Origin: Psammoneis japonica
Lineage: Eukaryota
Length of the DNA stretch: 64,000 bases
Assembly (NCBI GenBank): GCA_008632985.1
Contig: QPGO01000105.1
Coordinates: forward strand, 62,001 to 126,000
Direction of reading: 5' to 3'
Part shown: piece by piece, positions 1-12,830 of the stretch
Layout: each line of letters begins with the position of its first letter
How positions within the stretch are numbered: the first letter of the stretch is position 1
Translations under genes and position numbers: made by a program
Notes under the pieces: model-generated
Databases searched by the model: none
What the model saw: the letters and a program-made list of their open reading frames with translations, nothing else
Told to the model about the DNA's origin: nothing

Positions 1-1574
1 GAATAACTTTCTTGTCAATACGAGAGAACGACATTTCTCTTCACAGCTCCCACCCACAGCATACTCAAGACACGTTTCGTAATTATGGTAAGTCGATACA
101 AGCAATGGGGTTGAACAAAGGAGGTGCAGCGAACGAACAAACATCGGAGTTTGGGTTTTGTCACTCAGAAATGGATGACAACAGAGAAAAAGCCCATCTT
201 TTGATTTCTACACGACGAATACACCATTTCTCGCCAAAACCAATGGCCGTGCCTAACAGTACCTTCCGAAATCAACGTGAAGGCCTTCCTTGGACGGAAA
301 CGATGAAGAACAGCTCAAACAAGGCCGAGCATGGGTCGGCAGCGCATCATCACACAAAACTAAAAATCCACGCTCCGGAATAGGAAAAGAGAAAAAAGTC
401 TGCGCGCTCCGCGGTGCGTGTGTGCCGGTGTGTGCAGTCCAGTCAGTGCAGTTGCCGGCAGCCAAAGAGCAGCACGCAAGGTTGATCTTGTGGTGGTGGT
501 GTGGCCCCATGTCACCTTTTGCCCAACACAGCAGCTGTGGGTCCCAACCCTCAAGTAAATCCAAACTGGCATGGCAGGCATGCTCCTGATGAGTGCACAG
601 ACTGTCACCGCGGTGCTGTCACGGGGAATTTGATCAAATCTCGCGCCGATGATGGCAATGATTGCGATGCCAAGAAAGCCATCTGAACCTTCGATTCTGC
701 AAGAACGCACCTGGCACGTGATCAATTGGCATCTGTTCGACAGGCATCTAAGTGCGTTCTCCATGATTTTGATTTTGTGGCGAGCCATTGATGAACATGC
801 CGATTCAGTCGTTCGTGACACGCCATGTCACGTGCCGAGTCTTCATCAACCACTCATTCGTCGGATTTTCGACACCCGCTGAGAGCAAAAGCCGGCAGAT
901 GCACAAAGGCAAGTGATGTAGAATCGAAATGGTGTTGTCATTGTGCCAAAGTCTCACCACTTGTTGTCTCACTCAACTGTCACTCAGACGCAGCCAATTT
1001 TCACAGAGTGTCGATCGTCGTGTGAGCTCATCAATGAATCCAATGTCGTTGTCCTGTCGTCAAACCCGTTTTAGCAAAGCCAATGACAAGAGGAATGTTT
1101 TTCAAGACTTTAACAAAGCAACTGCAGTGCAATCAGCCAGTGTTTTTGAGTGGGAGAGGGTGGGGCGTGGGTCGGATTTTGGAGCAAAAATGCAGAGTGA
1201 AGTTGGCGCACTGTTGAAAAGAAGCAGTCAAACAACGTTGACAAAGTCACACATTGATGACACTCTCCTGTAGAAGAATAAATTTATGCAATGGAAGTGC
1301 CCCCTTGCTTGCACATGCTCTAGATTGATCGCAAAAACACAAAAATGTCAAATGTGAAAACAGGAGTGTGTTGCTTGCAATGAGTTTTCATGGATTGCTT
1401 GGCCCATCTGTGGCATGAAAGAGGTCAAACACAGTTGTCACGAGGCCAGCCCTGGATTAGAGAATAGAACACGGCCATGAAATGGGTCTTGTGTTGATGT
1501 TGTCATCCAATCTAGGTGTCGAGAACACTTCATCGTACAGCGAGTCACGTGTCTTGAATCCCGCATGACCCACT

Positions 1575-3860
1575 CGACTCAACATTTTTGGCAGAATTGG
1601 CTAGACTCTGATCCCCGCTAGGGCCACAAAATGCACAAGATGTGAGCATTGTCAGTCTCCCACCTTTTAAAACAACGTCTTGCGAGAATAGATTGGGTGT
1701 GTGTTGTTCATGGTGTCGGGCATTTGAAAATGGAACCAACATTTCGTGGAGCACCTTTGTCACACGTGAAAGCACGAGGGACAATTTTTAGCCACAGCTC
1801 CACAACTGACGCAACCCTCCACTTGCGACCCCAAAAGTCATCGGGAACTTTGTGCCAGCATGATGTCAGTCGGCTGGAAATGCATTTTGGCAAAAAATGG
1901 GGGGGTTGTGATCACACGTGGAAGCATGACGTTGGGGCCCATGGCAGCAGACTTTTGAGCCCCCAAGCTCCAAAGTGAAAGACCCCATGACAGCACCAGC
2001 CACCCTGACAGCAGCAAGCTGAGAATGCTGGCAGTGTCTGGTGGATCCCTGGCAACACATTTAGAACTGTGGCCAAGTGTTGCAAGAAGGTCAATCTTGT
2101 TGTGGCGGTGTTGCTGCCCCATGTCACCTTGTCCCCAACAGCAACAGCAGACTTGAGCCTCCAAACTCCAAAGTGAAAGACCCCATGACAGCACCAACCG
2201 CAACATGGCAACAACAAGCTGGGCACTTTGGTGGTGTCTGGTGGACCCCAGCAGGCAACACATTGAGAACTGCAGCTGAGCACTGCAAGGTTGCTTGATC
2301 TTGTGGTGTTGTGATCCCACAATGTCATGTTGTCCCCAACAACAGCAGACTTCTTGAGTTTCCAGGCTCCAGAGCAAAAAGGGCCCCTTGACAGTGCCAA
2401 CCAACCCAAAAACTGCATGCTGAGCAAACTGGTGGTGGTGCGTCCAGCACCCAGATGACCTCAGAGGAAACTCTTGAGAGCTGCAGCTTCTTGTGCTGGT
2501 GTTGCAACCCCACAAAATCACGTTGTCCCCAACAGCAGAGGACTTCTTGAGTTTCCAAGCTCCAGAGTGAAATGACCCATGACAGTGCCAGCCAACCCAA
2601 CAAAAACTGCAAGCAGAGCAAACTGGTGGTGTCCTCTGGCAGACCTCAGAGAAACATTTGAGAACTGTGGCTGAGCATTGCAAGGTTGATCTTGCGGTGT
2701 TGTGGCCCCACGACTCAACATTTTTGGCAGAATTGGCTAGACTTTGATCCCCGCTAGAGCCACAAAATGCACAAGATGTGAGCATTGTCAGTCTCCCACC
2801 TTTAAACTCCCACCTTTTAAAACAACATCTTGCAAGAACAGATTGGGTGTGTGTTGTTCATGGTGTCGGGCATTTGAAAATGGAGCCAACGTTTCGCGGA
2901 GCACCTTTGTCACACGTGAAAGCATGAGGGACGATTTTTAGTCACAGCTCCATGACTGACGCAACCCTCCACTTGCGACCCCAAAAGTCATCAGGAACTT
3001 TGCACTGGCATGATGTCAGTCGGCTGGAAATGCATTTTGGCAAAAAATGGGGGGCTGTGATCACACATGGAAACATGACGTTGGGGCCCATGGCAGCAGA
3101 CTTTTGAGCCCCCAAGCTCCAAAGTGAAAGACCCCATGACAGCACCAGCCACCCTGACAGCAGCAAGCTGAGAATGCTGGCAGTGTCTGGTGGATCCCTG
3201 GCAACACATTTAGAGCTGTGACCAAGTGTTGCAAGAAGGTCAATCTTGTTGTGGCGGTGTTGCTGCCCCATGTCACCTTGTCCCCAACAGCAACAGCAGA
3301 CTTGAGCCTCCAAACTCCAAAGTGAAAGACCCCATGACAGCACCAACCGCAACATGGCAACAACAAGCTGGGCACTTTGGTGGTGTCTGGTGGACCCCAG
3401 CAGGCAACACATTGAGAACTGCAGCTGAGCACTGCAAGGTTGCTTGATCTTGTGGTGTTGTGATCCCACAATGTCATGTTGTCCCCAACAACAGCAGACT
3501 TCTTGAGTTTCCAGGCTCCAGAGCAAAAAGGGCCCCTTGACAGTGCCAACCAACCCAAAAACTGCATGCTGAGCAAACTGGTGGTGGTGTGTCCAGCACC
3601 CAGATGACCTCAGAGGAAACTCTTGAGAGCTGCAGCTTCTTGTGCTGGTGTTGCAACCCCACAAAATCACGTTGTCCCCAACAGCAGAGGACTTCTTGAG
3701 TTTCCAAGCTCCAGAGTGAAATGACCCATGACAGTGCCAGCCAACCCAACAAAAACTGCAAGCAGAGCAAACTGGTGGTGTCCTCTGGCAGACCTCAGAG
3801 AAACATTTGAGAACTGTGGCTGAGCATTGCAAGGTTGATCTTGTGGTGTTGTGGCCCCAC
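1575..3860. repeat. Near-identical tandem duplication of a ~1.14-kb block (about 1575-2710 and 2711-3860)
   Basis: CGACTCAACATTTTTGGCAGAATTGGCTAGACT occurs at about 1575 and 2711. Matching ORF pairs are offset by 1149 bp (1912/3061, 2077/3226). Confidence 0.9.
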
Positions 3861-5510
3861 GAAACCTTTTCCCCAAAAGCAGCAGCCTTTTGAGCCCCCA
3901 AGCTCCAAAGTGAAATGCCCCATGACAGCACCAGCTGCCCTGACAGCAGCAAGCTGAGGGCATTGGAAGTCTCTGGCAGACCCCAGGCAATGCTTTGAGA
4001 ACTGCAGCTGAGCATTGTGAGCTTGATCTTGTGGAGCTCTTGTGACCCCATGTCACCTTGTCTCAAGAGCAGCACACACCCAGTTTTCCAAGCTGCTCCA
4101 GAGTTTAAAAGGGCCCCATGACAGCACCAGCCAACCTGACAACAGCAAGCTGGGGACATGAGCAGTGTCTGGCAGACCCCAAGTGACATGTGGAAAGCTG
4201 TGGCCAGGCATTGCAAGGTTGATCTTGTGGCGGCGGTGGTGTGGCCCCATGTCACCTTTTCCCCAACAGCAGCAGACTTTTGAGCCCCCAAGCCCTAAAG
4301 TGAAAGACCCCAAGACAGCACCAGCCACCCTGACAGCAGCAAGCTGAGGACACTGTCAGTGTCTGTCAGATCCCCGGCAACACAAAATTCAGAACTGTGG
4401 CTCAGTGCGAGTGTTTCAAGGTCAATCTTGTTGTGGTGGTGTTGCTGCCCCATGTCACCTTGTTCCCAACAGCAGCTGCAGACTTGAGCCTCCAAACTCC
4501 AAAGTGAAAGACCCCATGACAGCATCAACCACAACATGGCAACAAGAAGCTGGGGACTTTGGCGGTGTCTGGTGTGGACCCCAGGCAACACATTGAGAAC
4601 TGCAGCTGAGCACTGCAAGGTTAATCTTGTGGCACTGTGATGACCCCACAAAATGTCATGTGTCTCCAACAGCAGCAGACTTCTTGAGTTTCCAAGCTCC
4701 ACAGCAAAAGGACCCCATGACAGTGCCAATCAACCCAATGACTGCATGCTGAGCAAACTGGTGGTGTGTGTCTGGCACCCAGACCTCAGAGGAAACTTTT
4801 GAGAGCTGCAGCTGCGCATTGCAAGGTTGATCTTGTGCTGGCATTGTGACCCCACAAAATCACGTTGTCCCCAACAACAGAGGATTTTTTGAGTTTTCAA
4901 GCTCCAGAGTGATGAAATGACCCCATGACAGTGCCAACCAACCCAACAAAAACTGCAAGCAGAGCAAACTGGTGGTGTGTCTGGCAGACCTCAGAGAAAA
5001 ATTTAAGAAAACTGTGCCCGTGGCTGGGCATTGCAAGGTTGATCTTGCAGCGTTGCGGCCCCAGACAACCTTGTTTCTAATGGCAGCAGCAGACTTGAGT
5101 CTCCAACAAACTCCAGAGTGAAAGGATCCCCCATGACAGTGCCAGCCAACCTGACAACAGCAAGCTGAGGGCATTGTTGGAAGTCTCTGGCAGACCCCAG
5201 GCAATTCTTTGAGAACTGTGGCCAAGCATTGTGAGCTTGATCTTGTGAAGCTCTTGTGGCCCCATGTCACCTTGTCCCCAGAGCAGCACACACCCAGTTT
5301 TCCAAACTGCATGAGAGTTTGAAAGGACCCCATGACAGCACCAACCAACCTGACAACAGCAAGCTGAGGACACTGACAGTGTCTGGCAAACCCCAGATGC
5401 TGGAGAACAGTGGCTGGGCACTGAAGGTTGACATTGCAAGGTTGACCTTGTGGTGCTGTGGCCTCACATCACACCTTGTCCCCAATGGTCACAGACTTTT
5501 TCAAAGCTCC
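1920..5510. repeat. Degenerate ~200-bp tandem array (about 16 units) with a 6-unit, ~1.2-kb higher-order repeat
   Basis: Anchor CCCATGACAG (with variants) recurs near 1983, 2180, 2385, 2576, 3132, 3330, 3533, 3725, 3917, 4114, 4307, 4512, 4713, 4921, 5129 and 5328. Unit subtypes recur in order A-F with about 1175-1215 bp offset. A partial unit also lies at about 450-560. Confidence 0.85.
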
Positions 5511-7423
5511 AGAGAGTGACTTGTTCAAACAAGGTTCTTTTGTTGCTGGCTGACAGCAGGTGAATGAAACTTCAAAAAGCAATGTGCTGAGGATGCCAGA
5601 GCAATGATGGAGTTGTTTGGCAGCAGCAAATTGGCTTGAGGAGAATGGAAAAGAAATTTGCAGCTGCACTTTTGAAGCAAGTTTCTCTTTGTTAGAAGCT
5701 GCTGTGAAGAACTGCCGTGAATGGGCAAGCCATCCTCTCATCCATTTCATCTTGATCTGAAGCTCCGGCAAGAAGAGAAGGGATCTCATTGGAGGATTGG
5801 CGCTTGGATGTGAGTCAGAAATGTGAAGCCAAGCTTTGTTGGTTGCACACCATGCAATTTTTGGAAGCTCATGGCCTTGTCAAGCTTTCAAGTTGTTGAG
5901 TGAGTCTTTTTGTGGCTGACCTCTCCAAGACAACAACACAATTGTTGTGATGTGGCATCAATTGTCTGTGCTGACCTTTGCACAAAGTCTCAACATCAAA
6001 TGAGTTTTCTGTCACCAAAGCCTTGGCTGGAGTTGGGTGCTTGGAAAATGCTCATCTCCTTCTCTCCAACAAGCCAGTTGGTGCGGGCACTTCAACAAGC
6101 ACAGCATCCAAATGACCCTCTGCTGCAATCTTCTGCAAGAGACAAACCTTGTGTGCATTCACAGAGCTGACAAGGAAGCCCTGCACAGACAGCGGGCATG
6201 ATTTGGTGTTCACTGGGGCAGAGCTGTTGCAAAATTGTGGCTGCAGCCAGTGACCACCCAGTTGATTTTCAAAATGTCATGACACACCTGTGGAGAGTGC
6301 AACCACACGTGCAAAAAATTTTGTTTCTTGTTGGTTGATCTTCTCATCAAGCACAAAAAACATTGGAGCAGCAATTTCTTGCCCCCCTCCTGTTGCGCCT
6401 CTCTCTCTGTGCCCACATCACAGAAAGAACTCATGAACCTCACACCTGCTGGTTGATGCAGAAGAATTTGCACTTGGCTCATGTCACCTGGGCCGTTGTG
6501 CACATCACAACACTGGAAGCCTCTTTGGGATGCAACATTGTTTTGTGTGTGCTGCTGCCAAATGTTCATGAGAGCTTGAGCCTTTTGCACAGTGCCCCAT
6601 TTTGAGTGGCTGCAATGCCATGGTGGTGTGTGCATGGCATCACAACACAGTCCCACCACACACCACCAGTTGTGGCACATCACCACTGGATGATGTGGAG
6701 AAGGGGTTTGTGTTCTTCACTTCCAAATTTTTCATGCTCGGCATTGTCTGTGGCTTGCAACAGCAACATTTGCTTTTTTGCATGGAGCTGCTGTTGCCAG
6801 CACCAAACAACACATCAGTTGCTGCTGCTGCTGCAAGAGCAATTTTGCTGTCATTTGCAGTTCCTCAAATGCTTGTCAATGTCATCTTTTTTGACCAAAA
6901 GAGGGTGTCATCTCTTCCCTTTTTTTTGTCTCGCATCATGCATGTCTCTGTGCACCAGCAGCCTTCAACCCAAGAGGAGCAGTGTGCTGCACAACACTGC
7001 CCATGACAGTTTCTGCCCTGTTGAGTGTTTTTCTGTGCACACTCAAAGGGGTTTTCATCCTGCTGTGTGTTTGCATGGCAGGGCACTCTGGGGCACTTCT
7101 TTCTTCCCTTGCAAGCAACATCAGAGCACTCAAAATCTTTGGGGCTTTTCTCCTGCGTCTGGTGGGGCAACAATCCGAGATGCGAGCCAGCATGGCAAAA
7201 TTTCCGTCACTGCAGAAAGTCGGATTTGTCCTACGTTGTTAATTGCCTGATGCCAACTCTGCACGCCGGCATGCAGACAACTGATGTTGTGCATTAAACC
7301 AAGCTACAATCTTGCACGTCAATGCCTGAGTTGATTTGTGCAACCCAATCTTGTCACCTGTGCCATGTTTTTTTTTTACCACGTGGTTTGTCCCACTCAT
7401 TTTCATCTCATTCGTTTTTGCAA

Positions 7424-10400
7424 CATGAACAATGGTGCCCCCCTTTGCCGTTGGAAATGATTGTCCCGTGTGTGGCAAACATTTCCTCCCAGCTGGTCTT
7501 CAACACCACCCAAGAACTTGTCTTCCCTGCAAACTGTCCTTTTCTCAAAGCCTTCGTGATGTTTCTTCCCGTCAATCCGACCCCGCTCATGGCGAACACC
7601 CCCAAACTGGAAAATTGCACGAACCAGTGGATGTTGCTGTCTCTCATGCCCCCGGCTCTCCTCCATTTGAATTTGTTGCCACAGGTCCCGATGCCAACGC
7701 AGTTCCAACTCCACAAGGTTGCACCCGGCACAATCCCCGGCCGCCGCGTTCCAATCGTGCACCTTCGCATGTGCCAGAGCTGCAGGGTTCCCACAACAAC
7801 TCCGTTCTTCCCCACGTTGATGATGTCTCAGACTGCCAGTTTCCAGACCCCAAAGAATTTGTTTCCGACACCGAGGGTTCTGCCACCAATGTTGCAGAAT
7901 CTGTCCCTTTTTCTGCACTCGATCAAGTTGGACACCTCTCCACGGACGAGGACCTCATGGTGCCCAAAGCGCACAACTGCGAAACAACATCCATGGTCTG
8001 CACATTGAATTTGTGCTGCTCCAAGGGTGTCCCAATCAGTGCAACAGATGAATTGCTGAGAACTGTGCAGGAGGAATTCTCCAGTGGTGGGTTGTCCGTC
8101 ACTGGACAAATCCCCTCTTCTTGAACTTTCCTGTCCAAGCTCAAGTCAATGTTGCCCAGCGTTGTGCCCCCAGTGCTGCAGTGCATTCCTCTCGAGTCCA
8201 TCTCCATCGTCAACCAATTCAAGAACGACCCGCCTCAGGAGCTCTCTCCCGGCATCCCTGTGCATGACTTTTCCCTCCAACTGCAGGATCTGTTCGACGA
8301 TCCCCTTTTTGCCGATCTTTCAAATCTTGATGTTCCTCCCGATTCACGTTGGTCTCAGGTGCTCTCCAGTGAACCCATGTTGGACGAGAATGGTGATTGG
8401 AAACTTTGTGACGACGCTGAAATGAAGGACGGTGAAACTCACAGCAACTGTTGTCGTGGCTGCATTTTTCCCGCCGTCCCCGGTTCCTTTCATGTGTTTG
8501 TTTTGCATTGCAGTGTGTCGTGTTGTTGGCAACTGGAGCACAACATGTTCCAGCGAAGTGCCGACTCTCTGTTGATGGACTGTGATGTGTGGCAGCTTCG
8601 GCGCCACTTCGATTCTGCATGGTCACTGCATCAAAATTTCATGTGGGGCTGCACCCAGGGATTCCAATCGCACCTTTTGTTTGTCATGCATCACCAAAAG
8701 TGAGAACAAAATTTTAATGTTTGTCTTTCAACTTGTTGATTTGATCACACACAATTGGGACATAAATCGACACACTGTCATCAAAAAAGAATTGATTTTT
8801 TGTTAAATTTTCTGCGCTGTTACCCAAACAAGAGAGTGATCATGTGCAACTCAATTTTCATCACTGAGGACAATTCTTTCATGTTTTTTTTGCAGTCCCA
8901 GGTGATGCTCCTGGGAACACGCCCACGTGTTCACAATGTCACACAACCTCTTTGCATCTGTGTTGCTGTTTTCTTCTGCTGGGTTGCAACACACTCTGTG
9001 ACAAACATCCATTTTCTCCTGCCATGTCATTGTTGTGTTCCAACCATCACCACATTTGTCATCTGCCACCCATTCCAACAGGACTTGATTGCCAAAACAA
9101 CAAACATTCTCGGCAACCTGTGCATTTCCAACCCGGTCAGCATGTCAGCAAGAGGACCTTGACACACAAGAAGGCAGCTTCCATCGGACTGTCTCCCACT
9201 GGCATCAACCATTTGTTCCGCACTCTTGATGCTGATGGATTTCTTGACACACTTCCAAGCTTTGGTCATCCGGCCAAGAGCGCTGCATGACTGTTCGATG
9301 GTGCGCAACAACAAACATCTGTCATCTGCATTGAGGGAGGTTGCAGAGGAATTGTCATCGCAGACAACCCGACAAAGACAGCAGGCTGATGCAAGGAGAA
9401 AATCTCTTGCCAGGAAAAGGAAGTGCGTGCAAGACGATGACTCACTGGAAAAGAGCGCACCTGCTGACGAGGTTCATGGAGAGCGTCTGAGGGACTGTGT
9501 CACCTTGGAACATGTGCATTGGATCAAGGGACGCAAACCCAAACACACCCTGATGATTGTCTCCCATCCGAAAACGAAAGAATGAATTGTCAACCATGTG
9601 TTGGCCAAACACCTTGTGAAGTGTGGTGGAACAAATGTTTGCACGCCAGATGACTGCACTGCATGCCTTGGAACGGATTGAACAGGCTTTTGTCTTGGAC
9701 ATCACTGTGTCTGTTTGTGATTCGACATGAAGATGCCATGGACTGTCGGTGGAACCGGGTGGTGGTCCAAGTGCTGCAACAGTCAAATGCTCCATCAGTT
9801 CTTGGAAAAAGTGCCTGCAGCAATGCAAAGGTTCATCGCTGTTGGTCCAGGAAGCATGACAGGCATGACTGATGTGGCGGGAGTTTTTGCGACCAGAAAC
9901 ACGGCCGGTCACTTGTGCGGCGTTGCCCAACAATGTTGCGCTGTGAACAACAATGCGCTTTTGTGACAATGCTGATCGCCCAGTTGGACTCGGCAGATGG
10001 GAGGTGATTCTTGCGCTTGAATTGCAGACACTAGAAGGACAGATGAAATTTGGTGGTAATTTCTGATGTTCATCCCGAAAACGGGATTCTTTGTTTTGCA
10101 ACCTGTGTGTTTTGGAACGAATCCAAGAGGATGCCATGCTTCAAAACGATGGCGGGCACATGACTTGATGAGAGTTGCAGAGAAAACAAATGGTCCATCG
10201 AATGAGGTGCGACAGAGCCTCCTGGCCTCACGCAGAGGGAACTTGCCCCCCACTGGTGAGTGGAGACATGGCAGTGTACAAGAAAGCGCTCTTGGGATTG
10301 CGGATGTTCTGCACAGGAGTGCATTCAGCCAGATGTGGTCACAATGGTGGATTGCACGAAGTTGTGGAGCGCTTGTGCGAATTGCATGAGACGGCAAGAG

Positions 10401-10700
10401 AAGAAGAGGGAGTCGACAGTGAGGAAAACAGAAGTGTGAGAGCAAGGATGGGCAATGAGTGAGGGCAAATGGATGAGCCCAATGGCCTGGATGGGGCAAA
10501 ATCGACACAGTGCATGCCACATCATGGAAATTTTTAATGGACCAGTGAGTCAAGAAATGCTGCATGTCACAATGGTGCTCTGCTCTTTGTGGGCGGGCGA
10601 GAAGATCGGGGCAGCTTAGAGCATGGTGACCAAGACAGCACTGCCAGGTGTCGCACGCCAGATGAAAAAGCAAAAAGAAGTGTCTGGACCACAGCCCTTG
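7424..10700 (+). pseudogene. Transposase-like ORF1 remnant of the CACTA/Plavaka-like element
   Basis: N-terminal CPVC...H...C zinc-finger-like motif. The segment PV(H/Y)DFSLQLQDLFDDPLFADLSNL resembles the Plavaka/EnSpm transposase N-terminal region. Many TGA stops and frameshifts; the catalytic core is not recognisable, and about 8490-9160 may be foreign sequence. Confidence 0.5.
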
Positions 10701-10899
10701 CTCATGTGAAAATCTGGACAAAAAAAAATCAGCTGGCAATTTGAAAATTGTGTCATGCAACAGTGGGGAGCGCCCCGTTGTTCTTTGCGCGGATCATGAA
10801 ATGCACAGTGAACGGATGATGCAAGGCTGACAAAGACAAAACATGCCATTCAAAAGGAATGTAAAATTCATCAATTGATGTTTGATGGTGAGTGCTTTG

Positions 10900-12220
10900 A
10901 AAAATTTGGCGTGCAACAAAAGGGAGTTTTTAAAAAGGGCCAACGGGCATGCTGGCGGGTGCACACTCAGGACTGGGTTCGGCAAGGAGGGAGGAATTTC
11001 ATTGACACAAAACATGTTGGAGAGTGGGTGAGCAAACATGTCGGCACGAAATGATTCATCAGGTGCATGCATTGCGGCATCATTGCACAAACGAGTTGGC
11101 AAGCGTGCGCACATCTTGTGACCTTCATTGCAGTCAGCACCCATGACACGGCAGAGACAGGATCACACAATGTGGAGATTGCGGGAATGTCCATCGTCAG
11201 CTCAGAGGCGGCAAGGAGAAAGTTCATGGACGGCCAAACAACCAACTGCATTGCAACGGCTGTGTGCCCCAAGACAAAATTCATGATGCACGATGATGTC
11301 GAGTTGGCGTTCGGGAGCAAAATGCAGAAAAAAGGTTTGCAAACACCTCAACGTGGACGCGAGTGACTCTGCAGTTTGGTGGGAAGCAAACAAGGAGAAG
11401 GTGCGGAAAAGACTGAACAGAAGAAGAAACAACAGGCAGGAGGTTTTTAGAAAGAAGTTGGTTGGCAAGTGCTGTCAGGGCTGTGCATGGATGAGATGGG
11501 CCAGTGTTCTCACAAATTGATTCTTGCTCAGAAATGGCTGGATGCGACGGAATGCCAAGCATCAAAGACGTCGAAAAGGGCAGGGCGTTGCCTCAAACAC
11601 ACTTCTGGTTCTTGGAAAATTGCCACTCCCCAGCGGCAGGAATGGAGCACTTTAAAACAGGGGACAGCCAAGGTGTCTGCAATTGGCCAACAACAAGCAC
11701 TGAAGCTTTTGCCAGGCTGACGTATGACAACTGCTACGAAACGGCCGTGTCGGTGGCAGAGATTGAAGAGCAATTTGAACAAGGTCGCGTGGCGCAGCCA
11801 CCGAAACAACCCGTGGCCACCAAGCACACTTTCTTGGGGAAAGGTGCAAAACAAAATCAAGGATAGAACCAGGATGGGATTGACAAGTGCAACAAACTCT
11901 GCGATGCTGTGGTGAAGGAGAGAACGGATTGCGGCAGAGTCGATGCACAGCACCTGCAGACAAAGAAATCGGAGAGCGCTCGTGGCAAGAAAAGAAAGAA
12001 GAAAAAAAAAGGACAGCATGAGTGGATGGGCTGCTCCAAAAAATGATTGGAGCGACAGCAAGGAGGAGGCCAAAAGAAGGAACGATGAGCAAGGGAGCGA
12101 AGAGGAAGAGGAAGAGACTCCAGGAGCAGCAGCAACCGACAACAGCGCTTCGACACAAATGGGATCTCGACGAGGAGGAGTGAACAACAACACACAGAAG
12201 CAACCGAGGGTGCAATGAGG
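10900..12220 (+). pseudogene. Accessory ORF2 remnant of the CACTA-like element, with a probable intron (about 11465-11531)
   Basis: Motifs KTKF..DVELAFGSKMQKKVCKHL..WWEANKEKVRKRLNRRRNN, TTSTEAFARLTYDNCY and K(H/Y)TFLGKGAKQNQG*NQDGIDK resemble accessory ORFs of stramenopile CACTA-type elements (from memory). The putative donor reads GCAAGT, i.e. GTAAGT with TA to CA. Confidence 0.55.
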
Positions 12221-12830
12221 ATGCATGCGGAGTGGTGGTGGCATTTGCTGGCATGCAGCAGGAAATGACGGTGGCATTGATGTCAACCGGGAAATCTGCT
12301 CAGTTCGGGAGCTGCAGCAATGTAGAATGTGAAAAGCGTCCAAGTGTTGCACTGTAAAATGACGGGAATGTTGTCCGTGTGCTTGTTGGATTTAAAGCAG
12401 GGTTTGAAAGCAATGTGAATCAGGGGCTGTCACAAAGGTAAATTGTCGCACGGTGAAAAGTGGACGAGTGTTGCACTTGAAAATGTCGGGAACATTCTCC
12501 GAATGGTCACCACATTTAAATTGTCTTGTGACACATGACAAAAAAATTTAGATGATGAAGCAAGATTTCTGACACCGCGTGTAAAAAATTTAAATTAAAT
12601 TTAAAAAAATTCAGACATGTTGGGCAAGAATGTCACACGCGAGTTCGCACGCAATGTCAGATTGTTGCCCCACCAGACGTGGGCTCAAGCGTGTTTGTGT
12701 GTGTGCGCAAGCAGTTTTCAGAAATTTTGAGTTCTGCCTTTGGTCAGACTTTCACAAAAGAAAAAAAAACAGCAAGTCATTTTGGTCGCCCCCAGAAAAT
12801 TGGTGCAAAAAGCATCATGCATCTCGGCCA

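Larger units (their letters stand above)
7152..12683 (+). mobile_element. CACTA/EnSpm (Plavaka-like) DNA transposon, decayed, ~5.5 kb
   Basis: TIRs are CCTGCGTCTGGTGGGGCAACAATCCG (7152) and, reverse-complemented from the right end (12683), CCCACGTCTGGTGGGGCAACAATCTG. A 2-bp TSD CT lies at 7150-7151 and 12684-12685. Two internal degenerate genes are on the + strand. Superfamily assignment rests on TSD length and recalled motifs. Confidence 0.75.

Noticed and set aside
1920..5510. CRISPR array or RCC1-type repeat gene
   Set aside because: No constant repeat with unique spacers, and the context is eukaryotic. Unit lengths vary and are often not multiples of 3, and the VTWG/LSWG resemblance is too weak to call.
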